A DNA stretch of 64,000 bases from Ruditapes philippinarum (Eukaryota). The position numbers were made by a program, and so were the translations under genes. Below are positions 38,650 to 52,408 of the stretch, one piece after another. The first letter of the stretch is position 1; each line of letters opens with the position of its first letter. The stretch spans positions 62,001 to 126,000 of the forward strand of contig NW_026853591.1 of assembly GCF_026571515.1 (NCBI RefSeq). The letters are read 5' to 3'. The notes beneath the pieces were generated by a model that worked only from the letters and a program-made list of their open reading frames with translations, was not told the DNA's origin and ran no database searches.

Positions 38650-39520
38650 TCGATACGAAATTGTTCATGTCTGGCATTATATTTCAATGGATAAGGAAAT
38701 GTCCTAAATAATTTTGTTATAGATTCTTTTTGAATACAGGAAGAAATTATTAAGATCTATTATTGAATATGGAATGAAAAACATTTTGGAAATCTCTCCA
38801 AGCGTATAGCAGGCAATGCTTAATAATCTAAAACTCAATAAAACTGCTATGATCTCTAATATAAGTCTGTTATTGTTAATGTTTATGACATATTGTGAAA
38901 AACGTGCATAAGACACCACGAAAACAGTAGAATCTTATCAATACAGATATGAAGATTACTAAACATGTACATGACGCTTCTTTTCAATCAATGTCATATA
39001 ATTTAAAACTAATGCAAAACTAGTAAAGGTTTACGTAATATATACGAATATTATTATTTGGTCACTTAACGGCAACCTTCTGGACAAATTGTGCTTGCTA
39101 ATGCATTTTCACTGTTTTTGCATACAAATGTATTTTCAGCGTTATGTACAGCATCGCAAATTCATAACTATTTCAATATTTTCAATTTACTTATTATCCC
39201 TACAGCATGCAAAAACAACTACGTTTCCACATGCCATTCTTTAAGGCAATGCGCGTTTTCAACATGGTTTTTCATTGTTTGGAATATTCATTATATTATA
39301 TGTTTATAGATAACGAATTGAACACCTATATCCACATTTCCTTTCGTTTGTTACATTTGTAAATGGCTTGTTAATAAATTTTCGACATTTGAACCAGTAA
39401 AATATATAAATATAATACATTTTTAAGATATTCGGATGGTTGCTGTCCCATAATTGTCCAGAAGACCAAAACATCAAATAGTTATTGGGATTGAATTGTT
39501 CAGACATCGGATAGCTTTTA
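38650..39520 (-). pseudogene. Decayed class A GPCR (FMRFamide-receptor-like) TM4-TM7 relic, copy A
   Basis: TM5 'IIIFVYIT*TFTSFALVLNYMTLIEKKRH'. TM6/TM7 'RLILEIIAVLLSFRL...YSIIDLNNFFLY' (ORF 38704-38919). Confidence 0.6.
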
Positions 39521-40559
39521 AATAAGTTTAATCTTTAAGGTTACACAACCATTATATAATTTTGATATATGTATAACTTAAAATATTTAAATAATCCTCA
39601 CGCTTTATTCTTTAAGGCTAGTAATACACAAACATTAAATAATCTTTAAAGACTATATAATAAACATGAAATAGTGCGTTTGAAAGGTTTAAAACTACAA
39701 TATACTTTTTATGTCTATTTATAGAATACGTTTATCGTAACTATATTTCTTAAATAATAATAAATGCTGTGTTTTATAGAATGCATGATCTTTCGACGAT
39801 TCTGTTTATGTATAATATGCAAAATCATTAATGTTAGTGATTACCTTATCATATGATTATATAAAAATACAGTATGTATGTTTAAAATTTTCATCTTACT
39901 TCTGTCTAATTTCCTATTCGCAGTATTCGCATTTTAAAATTCAAAAAATGATCATGTTAATTGAACAGTGAACATAGTTCTTTATGTTAGTAACTTAAGT
40001 GACATTTTGCTCATATTTTCATCGTCAAGTTTAACTTAATTTACTATACATTTTGAAAGATTGGCTGTTATGATTGTGACTGAAACACATTGTTTTGGAT
40101 GGCAATAAATGTGCCTAAAATATAAAAATATTGCCCTACTCTTTTTATAAATTGAATGTTAAAGGTAAATTTTGATGAAAATTTACAAAAATGTCGTTTG
40201 GGCACGTGCTTTATTAATTGTTCGTGCGAAGTACATTATAAAATTGAAACTTAAGGAATTATGAGGAAATGTAAACTTATTTCGACTTTCACCTATATCC
40301 CTTGGATGGGCATAATGTCACATAATCAAGCTAAATTTTATGGGTCACATCTTATCTTGATATTATTATTCGCATGTACATTATCTTTTATATCAGCAAT
40401 TAGTTTCTTAAAACTTAAAGTAATATTTTTTGTCTAAAACTTACAACATTCCATTTGATGTTCATTTACATGACACGGAACATTCATTGATATATGTACG
40501 AGGGAAATGTGTTAAATAGCATGCTTTAAAACCTTATGCCTAATGCTGAAAACTGAACA

Positions 40560-40750
40560 CAGTCTGATGGCAGTGATTTGTTTTCAGATATGCATTGATT
40601 TCTAATCAATGAATCAATGATATTTACCGGAAACAATCTATTCCATTTCACATGGATTGCTTTCTTTTGTTAAGCAATAACCGTAAATAATGAAACATGT
40701 TCCGTTATAAAGAACATTTTATGTCGATATAAAAGTATATTATGCAAGTC
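40560..40750 (-). pseudogene. Decayed class A GPCR TM3 relic (paralogs 50270-50460 and ~55060-55220)
   Basis: Reads 'HVSLFTVIA' (cf. SLFT..IA.ERY.AI); 'atttaccggaa' is shared by all three copies. Confidence 0.4.
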
Positions 40751-41699
40751 GTTTACTGAAACAGCTCATGAAAAAAGTTAAAGAGCATTTTTCAGTATTG
40801 CTATTTTATTTTAACATTTAATATTTCATAAGGATCAGCATTTAAGAATTAGGCATGACATGACCTACGGTTACATATTTGCTAAAGGGCATGGGAAACA
40901 TGTAAACAATATACCAGTGCTACATGGTGTTGTGTTCTTAAATTGATAGAACTTAATTTAGCCTTGAATCTTTTGGGAACAATTAGGTTTTGTGTGGCAA
41001 AAGAGTATTGTTCATTAGGTAACATTATCTTTAAAAAAAGAACGATTGTTAGGTAGTAAATGGATTCAGATTCTGAGATACTGAAATAAATACAACGCTC
41101 TTATAACATTGAATGTTTAGTTACTGTCCTAATTATACATCAATAATTATGAAAACGTAAAAGATATGTTCCCTCGAAGATTATGTTATTTCCTATCTAG
41201 TAGCATTCGTTTCAGATATAATAAAAACAAATGCTCTTTAGTTTTGAAATTTGCAACACTGACCTATCAATTTCATTAAAGTATTTGCGTTTTAATTTGT
41301 TCATGAATTTTGTGCTGTTGCTAAGTATCTTGCGCGATTCTTAATAAGTACTAATGGAAGTCTTAGAAGAAAATTAGTTGCTTTATATTCTCATTTGTTC
41401 AGCGACACTGTAATGATTATATGGCGAGTTTACTTGTGTAGAAAAAAAAACTTACGTTCCCCTCTTTGCATTAATTCAACTTCATCACATTATTAAATAT
41501 GGTTTAAAGTCAACGTCCATAACATGCTTGACTGTTAGTACCTTTTTCTTTTCTTTTTCATACTGTTGTGAATTCAGCAAATACATGTTGATATCAAAAT
41601 AAATAGCCCCCCCCCCCCAGAATCCCCAAAAACCATGTTAATAATAAGTTTGATGTAACAATGCTAAGACGATGAAAAATACAGATGATGTGAAAATTG

Positions 41700-42990
41700 G
41701 AAATGAATGTCTCACAACTTACTGGTCTCAACTCCCATGTCGTACTGCTTCCAAATATGAAAGATAAATTAAAGAAATAACATTAACAAAATTTATCCTC
41801 CTTAACATTAAACATTTGTATTTCCATTTTCAGTATTTGATGTTACATCGTGTCAATAATATAACGTTTATGCATTCCGTGTGATCTCTTCAGAGTGCGC
41901 TTGTGTTCATTAATATTTGTTTAGTTAAGCAATAAAGGAGTCGTTTAAAATTCATTATCATGGTAATAATTCCAAGATGCAGCATTGTTAAGCCATATCC
42001 ACATTTTAAATGTATATGTTAAATGATTCGTAGTATAAAACTATGACATTTGTTCTAGTGTAATGTTCCATGACACTTGATTATGCCTTTAATTTTTATG
42101 TAATGCGATGTTTAACCTGGTATAAAAGTTCAATGACATTTTTTTTATTTTATCTTAAATGATATGTTGATAAAGGTACAACGTTTTTAGTTGCTGATTT
42201 GCTCATTCTCTGTAACGTGGTAGTTTATTGCTTCCTTTGTATATTACAATCACAATTTATTTTAAAAATTAACCAGACCTGTGCAATGGATGCAAGGAAA
42301 TGTTAAACATTAGCAATAATAATTTGTTGTTAAGGATAACAAATTTTTGCAGTTAATAATAAAATTATAATGGATGAACCTAGTTCATGTAGATGCTGAG
42401 ATATTTTAACAGTATGTTTTTACTGTTATTGAGTTATACTCACTTGTGTACTTACTTATTGATTAATTTATTTATGTATTCATAATACAAGCAATATATC
42501 GTAAACGTTTTAGTTTGTAATTGTATAATACTTCCTATGAATATTGTACATGTACCTATTCAAAAGATTCTCAACGGAGAGCCAGAACTTAGCGAGACGT
42601 GAAATTTGGAAATAAATATTTCATTGCACTTTAGTCAAATAAATGTTGATATAAATCCACACGTGACAAGGATAAAGTCTGTCTGATAACATTAAACGCT
42701 AATTGCATTCACTGTCCAATAGAGCACGGAAAACCTGGTTCACAAGGATACTCTGTGACAATACAGGGTTACGAGATGGTTAAAGTTGTAATTACAAGCT
42801 AGAAGCAGGACGCTATGTGGCTATTTTAATATTGTTAATGTAATATTACTGTTAAAGTTGAATGGCATCGTTGTTCCTTAGATTCAAAGAACATGACTTT
42901 GGGCCTAACTAGAATAGTGTTGCTTAGGGTAGGCACACATTTGTCTCAATATTTAACCATGTGTAATTTCTATACAAAAATAAAACTTTT
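41700..42990 (-). pseudogene. Decayed class A GPCR (FMRFamide-receptor-like) TM1-TM6 relic, copy A
   Basis: Paralog of 51600-53030; TM5 'VDMA*QCCIL/ITMIM/ILNDSFIA*LNKY'. Confidence 0.55.
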
Positions 42991-43869
42991 CACATATTAA
43001 ATGCATGACATTAGATTATCTAGGATAATTCTATGTACGACATTAGTATTTACCACACCTCATGCATATCTTGCATTGTTTCAATGGTAAGGAAATATGA
43101 TTTGTAGAATAAAATTATCGATAAAGATCACATCGATCTAATTGTTAGATTATAACAAATACATGTTGATTTATAAGAGTTTATCAAAAATGGTGCTTTC
43201 AGAAAGTATACTTACCGGGAATGGCACGAATCTGTTACACTGAAGGTTGCACAGGACAATATCTGCAGCATATTTTCAATCTTAAGTCTTGTTTCTATTT
43301 TCATGCTTTGTTTAAAAAGTATGTTTGACGTATTTTGATCATGTTCAGTGCGCCAAAGCGAACAAATGTTTTCATATTGTATGTATATACACAAGTTAAA
43401 CTGTGTTAAAGACACATAGTTTTCTGTTCCATCGACGCAATATACCGTTATCATAAAATTATAGAAACACACGTTCAAAGATATGGTTTACGTCAATTAC
43501 AATGATGTTGGTCATTTGAAAATGTTCTTTGATAATTATGTCATAAATAGGTATTCTTTTTATTAAGAAATACATTCATTTACTATTAGATTCTTTAAGT
43601 TACTTGTGTAGTGAATAATGTTTTTACATTTCAACCCATATTATCAAATTTAACTTTGAACATAATTGTACAATTATAATGTTATAGCAATTATATTATA
43701 AAAAATATATACCCTAGTGATGTATTTATTATCAGTCCCAATTGTAAAAGGCTAGCAAAGATGAAAATCCCAATGTTTTGGGATAGATAAAATATCTTAA
43801 AAACATTTATGTTTATTTCATTATAAAGTATAAAGTACTCGATTTATATAGAATATATTTTAGTTCTTT

Positions 43870-44058
43870 TGAATAGGAAGCTGTAAGGTTATAGACACAC
43901 TTTCAAATATGTTCATGGAAAGCAACCAGTAGTGACTATAAATGCAAAGTTTTTTGCTCAAGGAAACAGCGACTTGCCCCCGACGGGGTTTCAGCCCACT
44001 CTGCTAGCGATCATTAAATTTCTAGTCCAACGTGTTAACCACTCAACCATGCCGCCAC
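43870..44058 (-). mobile_element. tRNA-derived CORE-type SINE (family B), near full length
   Basis: On the minus strand: A box TGGTTGAGTGG, a degenerate B box, and CORE-like 'tgtttccttgagcaaaaaactttgc...actactggttg'. Confidence 0.8.
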
Positions 44059-44089
44059 ATATCAAGTATTTATGTCTGCATTAAAAATT

Positions 44090-44240
44090 TTACGGAACTT
44101 TGTTGATCACTAACTGTAAAGAATCAACAAAAACAATTTCCATATTAAGATAATGGTATTTTCCCTCCCGAAATACCTGTGTTATTGCTAAAATCAGCTA
44201 TTATAAAAAGAAACATCCCTTGTGTCATGCTAAACTTTGT
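44090..44240 (+). pseudogene. Decayed class A GPCR TM3-end relic (paralogs 55780-56010 and 61285-61470)
   Basis: Shared 'tattgct...gctat...aaacatcccttgtg'; the paralogs read 'AIA*RVLAIKKHPL' (cf. AIA.DRYLAI.HPL). Confidence 0.4.
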
Positions 44241-44603
44241 AAAAATTCATGATTTTCCTAAGAAGGACGTTGTTTTATTTATTGCAAATATATTTTATAT
44301 TAAAATTAAAACATAAAATCCATTCATTTGGACGTTATAAAAAAAATTAGATCCCTGTTTTTGATCAAGTGTCAGGTCAAAATCGAAATTATTATACTGT
44401 GGGTGATCAGATATTAAATGAATGGTTAGAATAGGAAAGTCAATTGTAACATTTTCTTATCAAGTGTTTGTCCGATTTATTCCGACAACTGATTACGAGC
44501 ATTTTATGTATAATGTCAATGAAAACCGCTTTAATACGAATTGTAATTGCTTACCTTAAAATCAAACAAATTTATGCATATTTCTATATATTCTTATATT
44601 ATC

Positions 44604-44606
<3 letters not shown>

Positions 44607-44670
<64 letters not shown>
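44607..44670 (+). repeat. (AAT)n microsatellite
   Basis: About 21 perfect TAA/AAT units; explains the poly-Ile ORF 44468-44692. Confidence 0.98.
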
Positions 44671-44671
<1 letters not shown>

Positions 44672-44689
44672 GTAATAGATCTAATGAAA

Positions 44690-45300
44690 TAATTATAATA
44701 TACAATTATTGACTAGTGAGCCATTGAATATGATGTGATATTCACCGGCAGATGACATATTGACCGAGGCGATAGCCGAGGTCAATATGTCTTTCTGCCG
44801 GTGAATATCACATCATATTCAATAGCTCACTAGTCAATAATTGTTTTATTATATAAAAAGGCTCAGAATTTAAAAAAAAATGACGAAAAAGTACAACCTT
44901 ATATACATGTACAAAGTTTGCCTAGTTCAAGCGCGGGAAAAAAGGCGCACGTGCTAGGCGTGCAACGACTACGCGAACGCTGCGCATACAAAAGTAATTC
45001 AAGTTTATTCTCATCGACACGGTTAAGCCTTTAAGTATAACAGTAAAGTAATGATATTTCAATCGAGAAATATGCCATAAAGAACAAAACGCAACAATTA
45101 TTTTTTAATTAGCACACGTAATTAACAGTCTTCGGTGTATGGTCATTGAATATAAGTCTCAATCTATTTTTAGACTTGGAAAATCCAATTCAGCCAGTTA
45201 ATATGATACTCCCCCCAGTGAATATGATTTTATAAAAAGTTCTGTTGACTACAGTTTTGACCAATGAGATTGCAGCTATTTTTAGATCATATAATAATAA
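44690..45300. mobile_element. Non-autonomous element with a ~160 bp near-perfect hairpin, flanked by AAT tracts; class unassigned
   Basis: Inverted arms at 44694-44765 and 44780-44853. The whole 44607-45375 segment is absent from the paralog at ~29520. Confidence 0.75.
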
Positions 45301-45619
45301 ATAATAATATCTTTATTTAATGAAAGTAACACATGAAGATACACAATCGTAGAACACAAATAACATATGTGACATTAATTTCGCTTAAGAGTTTTGGTCA
45401 GATAAATATAGTACTGAAAAAAGATACATATGAAATGAAGGATATAATATCATACACATATTTGCTTTTATATTAACAAAAAACATGAAACAACAAACGT
45501 ATATTTCCAATCAACATCGAATATTTTTATATGTTAATTAGAAGGATGTGCATAACACAATATAAACAACAACTATCTGTCATATTATTATGAAATAACT
45601 TTGAAGCAGTCTAGACGAA

Positions 45620-46110
45620 ATTGACTATACTTAATCTAGTAATTGATATTGTTGTAGTTGTAATTTTCATCAATGAAACGCATTGTTACTTAAGTGAAAT
45701 TGGAAAACTACATGAAACTAAGATGTAAAACATGCAGAGATAGCCATCGATAAGTTATCAATTATAATTATATAACTATCTATTACGTTCAACCGATCAA
45801 TCATCATTTTTGACAAGCATCGGTAATGCATTGTTTTATTGAATATGTATCTTGTATATACGCAAAACTTTATAAGACTTTGATTATATCTTCTTTCACA
45901 TGATCGTTTTGAGCATAAATATTTTGTCAGATTTGTAAAACCACATAACATATTTTGTTATGATACATTATCAACATGATGCTGAAACTTGTGGCAATTT
46001 ATGGATATGAGAATTTAAAATGTGTGTGCGGTGTTAAATATGAAGATAATTGAATAAGTACAGGTTACAAAATTAAATATTTGGATAACAAAATATATTG
46101 TTCGAGCCAC
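45620..46110 (-). pseudogene. Decayed class A GPCR TM1-TM4 relic, copy B
   Basis: ORF 45718-45951 reads 'SLIKFCVYTRYIFNKTMHYRCLSKMMIDRLNVI...LSMAISAC' (cf. CKF..Y..Y....W.L..M.IDR...I). Confidence 0.6.
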
Positions 46111-46189
46111 TATGATATAAGTTTATTAAACAAATTCTTGGTCATGAAACTACAAATAGGGTAAATTAAATAAATGTTATTCCATTCTG

Positions 46190-46510
46190 TTGCACATCCA
46201 TGTAAACAAAGTGCAGTCTTTCGTTAACAAGCCAATATTATTCTTGGCCGCATCTGAACATTTTACGGTGTCAGAAAAGTGTCACGAATATGCGTGTGAT
46301 TCAAAGCAAATAAAGAACAAATTACCTTGCAACGATACCGTTTGTCATAATATTCATTTATTCAACATACGAGTACAGTAATTGCTTTAAATCATTTTTT
46401 AGCTGATGTTGCTGACAAAAAACAAAAGGCGATTTTTTTTTAATAATTTTAATATAATATTTCAAACACATTTGGCTGAATTGATGGTAAGACGACAGTA
46501 TGTAAGTTTT
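46190..46510 (+). pseudogene. Decayed class A GPCR TM2-TM4 relic, copy B
   Basis: TM2 'SFVNKPILFLAASEHF' (cf. N..I..LA.SD), 'VCHNIHLF', TM3 end 'VIALNHFLA', TM4 'HIWL'. Confidence 0.5.
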
Positions 46511-47599
46511 ATAACAAATGGTTTAATATGAACACCATGTTATTAATTATCTCCTCTATTTGTATTCAACGTTAAACACATTAAATAACACTAAAGAAGT
46601 TAGAAGTAATTTTTAAAGACCTTGATTTCACTAAACACATTATTTGTTTAAGTATTTATAAAAAGGAAATGTTGCTTATTGGAAAGTTAGACATTGAGAA
46701 TAATTGTTGTAACAGTAGATTATTTAATGTATAGAGTTCAGTCGGATACAACGTCAAATTATTTGATAAATTGTTGTTGATGTGAACTTATTCTGAAGAA
46801 ATTTATATTCAAATTACAATAACAGTTCAAAGTTTGTAATAAATTTGTTTTAAATACTTTGTGTTGTATTATTGATATTTCTTCGTATATAATATTATGA
46901 AACATAACATTTTGCATTAAAAATCATTGATCAGAATTAATAAAAACCAGAATAATACTTTAAAAATACATTATAATTTGCCTGCCGAGGATTTTTATTC
47001 CCGCCCGCATGTTTGATCTTTTTTTAAATTACATTTTATCGTTTTATTCGTTTAGAATTCAAATAAAAGAGTCATTAGAAATCCATTGTATGACATTTGT
47101 TTATCCCGAGTAATATCATTTAAAAGCTCCATTCTCGTTTAAACTGTTACTGTTAAATGCGTTAAAACAATTAGGTTTGCCATTAGAACCCGGGAACTAT
47201 ACTATATCAGTTAATTGGCCAAATATGAAATAGTGTGTTTGATATTGCGCTGACTCAGCTATTGCATAAGTGTATAAGTATTTCTTTTATAAAAGTTAAT
47301 GAGTACGTAAACCCGAACGAAATGTCAACGGAGCTTTGGGTATAGTATTTTATCTGATAATTTGCTTTATATTAACGTTGAAAGCGATACTTTGTCATAA
47401 ACATGAATACTGGTTTACATTGATTATGCATCAGTAAAATATTGTAACACTTGTTTTATAACTGATTGTGTTGGTATGTTTGAAATTATCAATTATTCAA
47501 ATCAACAAAATTAATTTACTATTCACTAGGTTCATACGTATGGTAATACCTTCTCAGCTTCAGTTTAAACTTAAAACATAAAAAAATAAGTGTTACGTA

Positions 47600-47930
47600 T
47601 GCTGTTGGAAAAGTGGCAGGTCAGTAATTGTTATCAACAAAATTAGTACATTTCTTTAGACTGTTCTAATATAGACCTGTCATTTCAGAGAGTATAGTAA
47701 GTTTAATTATCTGAATCTTTCACAGCTCGACCGACGTGTCATTTCTGTCGGACATTGGATCAATACTGTCAGAGTATATTTTGATGGTATTAGAAAATTA
47801 CCTTGTCTCTTTGAAGTTTTAAATGTTATGCCATGACTTGTCTTTTTTTTTAATCATGCATGATTTTCACGGGGTCATTTGATAACTCCCCGAAGCATGT
47901 CATTATTTGGCACTGCAGGCTGTGTAGTTA
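47600..47930 (+). pseudogene. Decayed class A GPCR TM1-TM3 relic, copy B (empty DIRS site)
   Basis: Reads 'VGKV/GRSVIVINKI' and 'STDVSFLSDIGS'. Confidence 0.5.
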
Positions 47931-48619
47931 ATTTTGTTTTCTAATGCTTAAAGCGGGCTTTAGCTTTGCTTTAGGTTAAATAATATCATTTTTTGGATTA
48001 ATTGTTTCTTATAATTGTCCAGTCAAAAGAGTTAATGTGGGCAATGACAATTGCGTCGATAAAATACAAATGAACATAAACAATTAAAAAAACAGCATCA
48101 ATACCTGTAACATGTCCGCTCTCTATATGTAAAGAAGTAAAGCAGACGATTCGTTCTTTATCTTCTATTTTTAGAAACGAGAGTTTTTGGCGAGCTTTAA
48201 ATACCTCTTGGGTAACTGTTTCTTTTCTTTTTTAATTATTGTTTTTTGTTGTTTTTAAGTCTTCAACGATGTTTCACATCCTGTAAAAGACAAGCACACA
48301 TGCATGTTGAATTGATAACGTAAATGTATCTACACTATCAAATTCAACTATTTGCTGGATGCAATAGGAGTTAGATTGGAACTGCATACATCAGAAATGG
48401 TAATCCAGTTTTATGTTAATGTAAACCCGTCGTCAATATTCCAAAACGTGTATAACCTTTAAATATAACATTTTCTGATAGACTGTTAGTATTTACATAT
48501 GACTATTCGGAGCTATTAAGGTCACATTATTTCTAATCATGTAGCTTTATCATTCTCAAATGTGGCATATTGACGTTATTTATGATAGTTAACTTCATCG
48601 AATATCGATACGGAATTGT

Positions 48620-49120
48620 TCCTGTTTGGTATCCTATTTCAATGGATAAGGAAATGTCTTAAATGATTTTGTTATAGATTGTTTTTGAATACAGAAGAAA
48701 TTATTAAAAACTATTACATTATATCGAATGAAAATCATTTTGAAAATCTCTCTAAGAGTATTGCAAGCAACGCTAAATAATCTAAAACTCAATAAAACTG
48801 CTATGATCTCTAATATTACTCGGTTATTGTTAATGTTTATGACATATGGTAAAAAACGTGCATAAAACACCACGGAACAATAGAATCGTATCCATACAGA
48901 TATAAAGATTACTAGAAATGTAAATTACGCTTTTTTGTAAGTTTCAAAGAAACTAATGCGAAACCAGTTGTGCTTGCGTACGCATTTTCACGTTAAAACG
49001 AACTATACTGCTTTTCGCATAAAAATGTTTTTTCAGCGTTTTGTACAGCATAGCAAATTAATGACTTTTTTAAATTTACTTATTATTCCTTCAGCATGAG
49101 TCAACAACTACTATTCCACA
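48620..49120 (-). pseudogene. Decayed class A GPCR TM6-TM7 relic, copy B
   Basis: ORF 48634-48873 reads 'RVILEIIAVLLSFRL...YNVIVFNNFF'. Confidence 0.55.
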
Positions 49121-50269
49121 TGTAGCACTGACCAGAGTAGGTACTGTACCTAACCTAGCTAACATTGCCAAAGTCAGCTCAATATTAACTGCAACAATTT
49201 GATTGGTTGAGAATAATATTGTATATACCATGCAATAAGTATGAAGTATAGTAACTCACAACTTAGATTACCGTAAATACCCATCCTATTTCACATAGCC
49301 ATTCAATAATCTATAAAGACTCCTTAATATGCATAAACAGTACTTTTTTAAAAGATTAGAAACCATTATATATTTTTACGTCTATTTATAGAATAAGTTT
49401 TTAATTCTTATATTATTGCGATGTTTTATAGATTGTACAATATCATGATAAGTCTGTTTATATAAATATGTGGTAATCATTACTGTTAATAATTACAGTG
49501 TCATTTGATTATCTAGAGTAAAAGTGTGCATGATATTAATTTTCAAATGGCATAATTCTATTTTCCTATTTGCAGTATTCGCATTTAAGAATTTCAAAAT
49601 GATCATGTTGAAGTAACATATTATTCTGCAAGTGCTGATTGTCAGTGAACAGGTAAAAATCAAAATTACTTGACATTTTGCCATATTTATATCAATTTAT
49701 ATTTTACTTAATTTTTAAAAATAATCAATAATCAACGTGTCCAAAGGCATGTCTATAAATATCTTTCAGAATGTATCTGTGATTTTTTATTCTTTAAAAG
49801 AGTGGGATAGCCTTTTTATAATTTAGGTGGTTTGTATGATTATCATAAGGATTATTCTTATCTTTAATTGTTCAATTACCATAACAATAGTTAATCGTAT
49901 AAAATTAATAACTATTTCAGCTAAACTTGACAGAGAAACAAATTAGCATAATGTCACTGTAAGTTAAAAGTGAACATTATTTCTATTCTAAGTAGATATT
50001 GTTCTTTATGCTGGTAATTTAAGTTGAATTATACACATATTGTCATCGTCAATGTACACTGTATTGACTATACATTTTAAATAATGGTGACTGGCCAATA
50101 TTATAAATTGTTTTGGTAGCTTGGATGTGTAGGGACTGCGTCCTATGAACGTTGCCTTTGTCTTGTTGATTTTTATCCTCGTCTTGTATAGAAAATATAT
50201 TTGCTTAAAATATCAAAAACACTGCCCCACTTTTTTTTTAGAAACTTGCAAATTGAATGCTTCACAACT

Positions 50270-50460
50270 TTATGATGAATGCTGAAATCTGTCTAATGGC
50301 AGTGATTTATTTTCAGTTATACATTGATTTCTTATCAATGAATCGATTGTATTTACCGGAAGTAACAATTTCACGTGGATTGCGTTCTTTTGTAAAGCAA
50401 TAACCGTAAATAATGAAACATGTTCCGTATGTCGATATAAAGGTATATTATGCAATTCGT
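50270..50460 (-). pseudogene. Decayed class A GPCR TM3 relic, copy B
   Basis: ORF 50270-50455 reads 'HVSLFTVIALQKNAIHVKLLLP'. Confidence 0.4.
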
Positions 50461-51599
50461 CTGCTGAAAAACTGCATGCGTGCTAAAGGGGAACATGGTT
50501 CGTGATGTCAAATCTTTTTATGAAGCCACAAATACACCCGTTTATTGATTGAACAGTCACATAAAAAAAACTAGAACACGTTTAAGAGGCAGGAATTGTC
50601 CAAATCTTTACCCGGCCGATTGGAAAAAAAATGCAAATAAGTCATGAATTACTTTCCGTTTAATTTGGCTTAAGGTAACTTAGATATCTCGATTGTAAAC
50701 TTTTATGCGATTGTTTGGTTCAATATTTCCCTTGCACGCATTCTTCAAAAATAAAAATAAAAAAAGACTTGACTTATGCTAATAAGCATGGAAAATATGT
50801 AACCAATTTACCAATGCTTTTAAATTAGGTTACATGATAGGAATTTACATTTTACCTGAAATATTTTATGACCAAATTAATTAAGTACAAAGGTAAGCAT
50901 TGTTCAATAAATTACAGTGTCTGATGAAATGTGATTGTTAAATGATTTAGATACTGACAGTAATATACCTCGCTTAAAATCCTTGTCTATTGATTTGCTA
51001 CCCTAATTACACAATCAATAATTATGAAAGGTTAAGGACATGTTCCGTTAAAGGTTTTTGGTTGATTAGCAGTATTTTTTAGATATTGTATAGACTGATG
51101 TTCTATAATTCATCAATTTGCATCTCTAAATTATTTTTAATTTCATTACAGAAATCCTATTTAATTCGGTAACGATTTGTGTTGTGTTGTCAATATTTTG
51201 CACGATGCTCGTTCAAACAAAATGAAAGGCATGGACGAAAATGAAATGCTTTATTAAGTAGAGCCACCAAAGCTAGCTGGAAAGCTCAATCTCATTAATA
51301 ATTGGTTTAAAGTCAACGTTAATAACATATGTTTTTCTTTTTCTTTTTCGTACATGTATATACACTGCAATTACTTTAAATATCAAAATGAATATTTCTT
51401 CCCCGAAAATGAGGTTTTATAAGAATACGTTAATGATAAATTTTACCGTAACAATGCGTATATGATGAGAAATACAGATAATGTTGTCACAGATGTTAAA
51501 TATAATAAATATCAAATAAATAAGCTTTTGTTAAGACAATGTTATTATACGATGTTGAATGTCGATGCCTAATTTAACACCTGTGACAAATGTGATTGG

Positions 51600-52375
51600 T
51601 AATTGATGTTTGACAACTTTCTTGTCCAAACTCTCTAGTCGCACTGCTTACAAATATGGATGATATGTGAACAATTTACATTTACAAAACTATCCTACTA
51701 ACATGAAACATTTGTATTTCAATTTTCAGTATTTACTGTTACATCGTGTCAATAATATCACGTTTATGTATTCCGTGTGATCTCTTCAGAGTGCGATTGT
51801 GTTCATTAATATTTGTTTAGATAACTAATAAAGGAGTCGTTTAAAATTCATTATATGGTTATAATTCTAGGATATAGCTTTGTAAAGCCATATCAACATT
51901 TCAAAATGTATATGTTAAATGATTTGTAGCATACAAATGTGACATTTGTTCTAGTATAATGCTCTATGTCAATTAAGTTGCCATTGTTGTTAGGTTATGC
52001 GATGTTTGATCTGGAATAATGGCAATTCCATGACATTATCTTATTTTATATGATGATGATTCAAGTAGCACGTTTTTAAATGTTTTTTTTTTTAAATGTG
52101 ACGGTTTTGCTTAATTTTATTCTCTGTTGCGTGGTAGATACTTACTTTTTCTGTTTATTACAATTAAACTAAAATTTACAATTTTAACCAGACCTGTTCA
52201 ATGTATGTTATATAATCTTAAATATTCAAAATAATTATTTGTTGTAAACGACTACACATTTTTGCAGTTAATGGGAGAATTTCAGTTTTGATGAATCTTG
52301 ATAATGAACACTTTCAACCATGGGAATTTATATCACTGCTAATTGAGATATACCCGCTACTTTATGTTTCTATTT

Positions 52376-52408
<33 letters not shown>

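Noticed and set aside
41822-41940. Plus-strand 'last exon' ttttcag|TA TTT GAT GTT ACA TCG TGT CAA TAA plus AATAAA, also at 51730
   Set aside because: Better explained as the antisense of the TM5-TM6 relic in a recent duplication; no compatible upstream coding exons were found.
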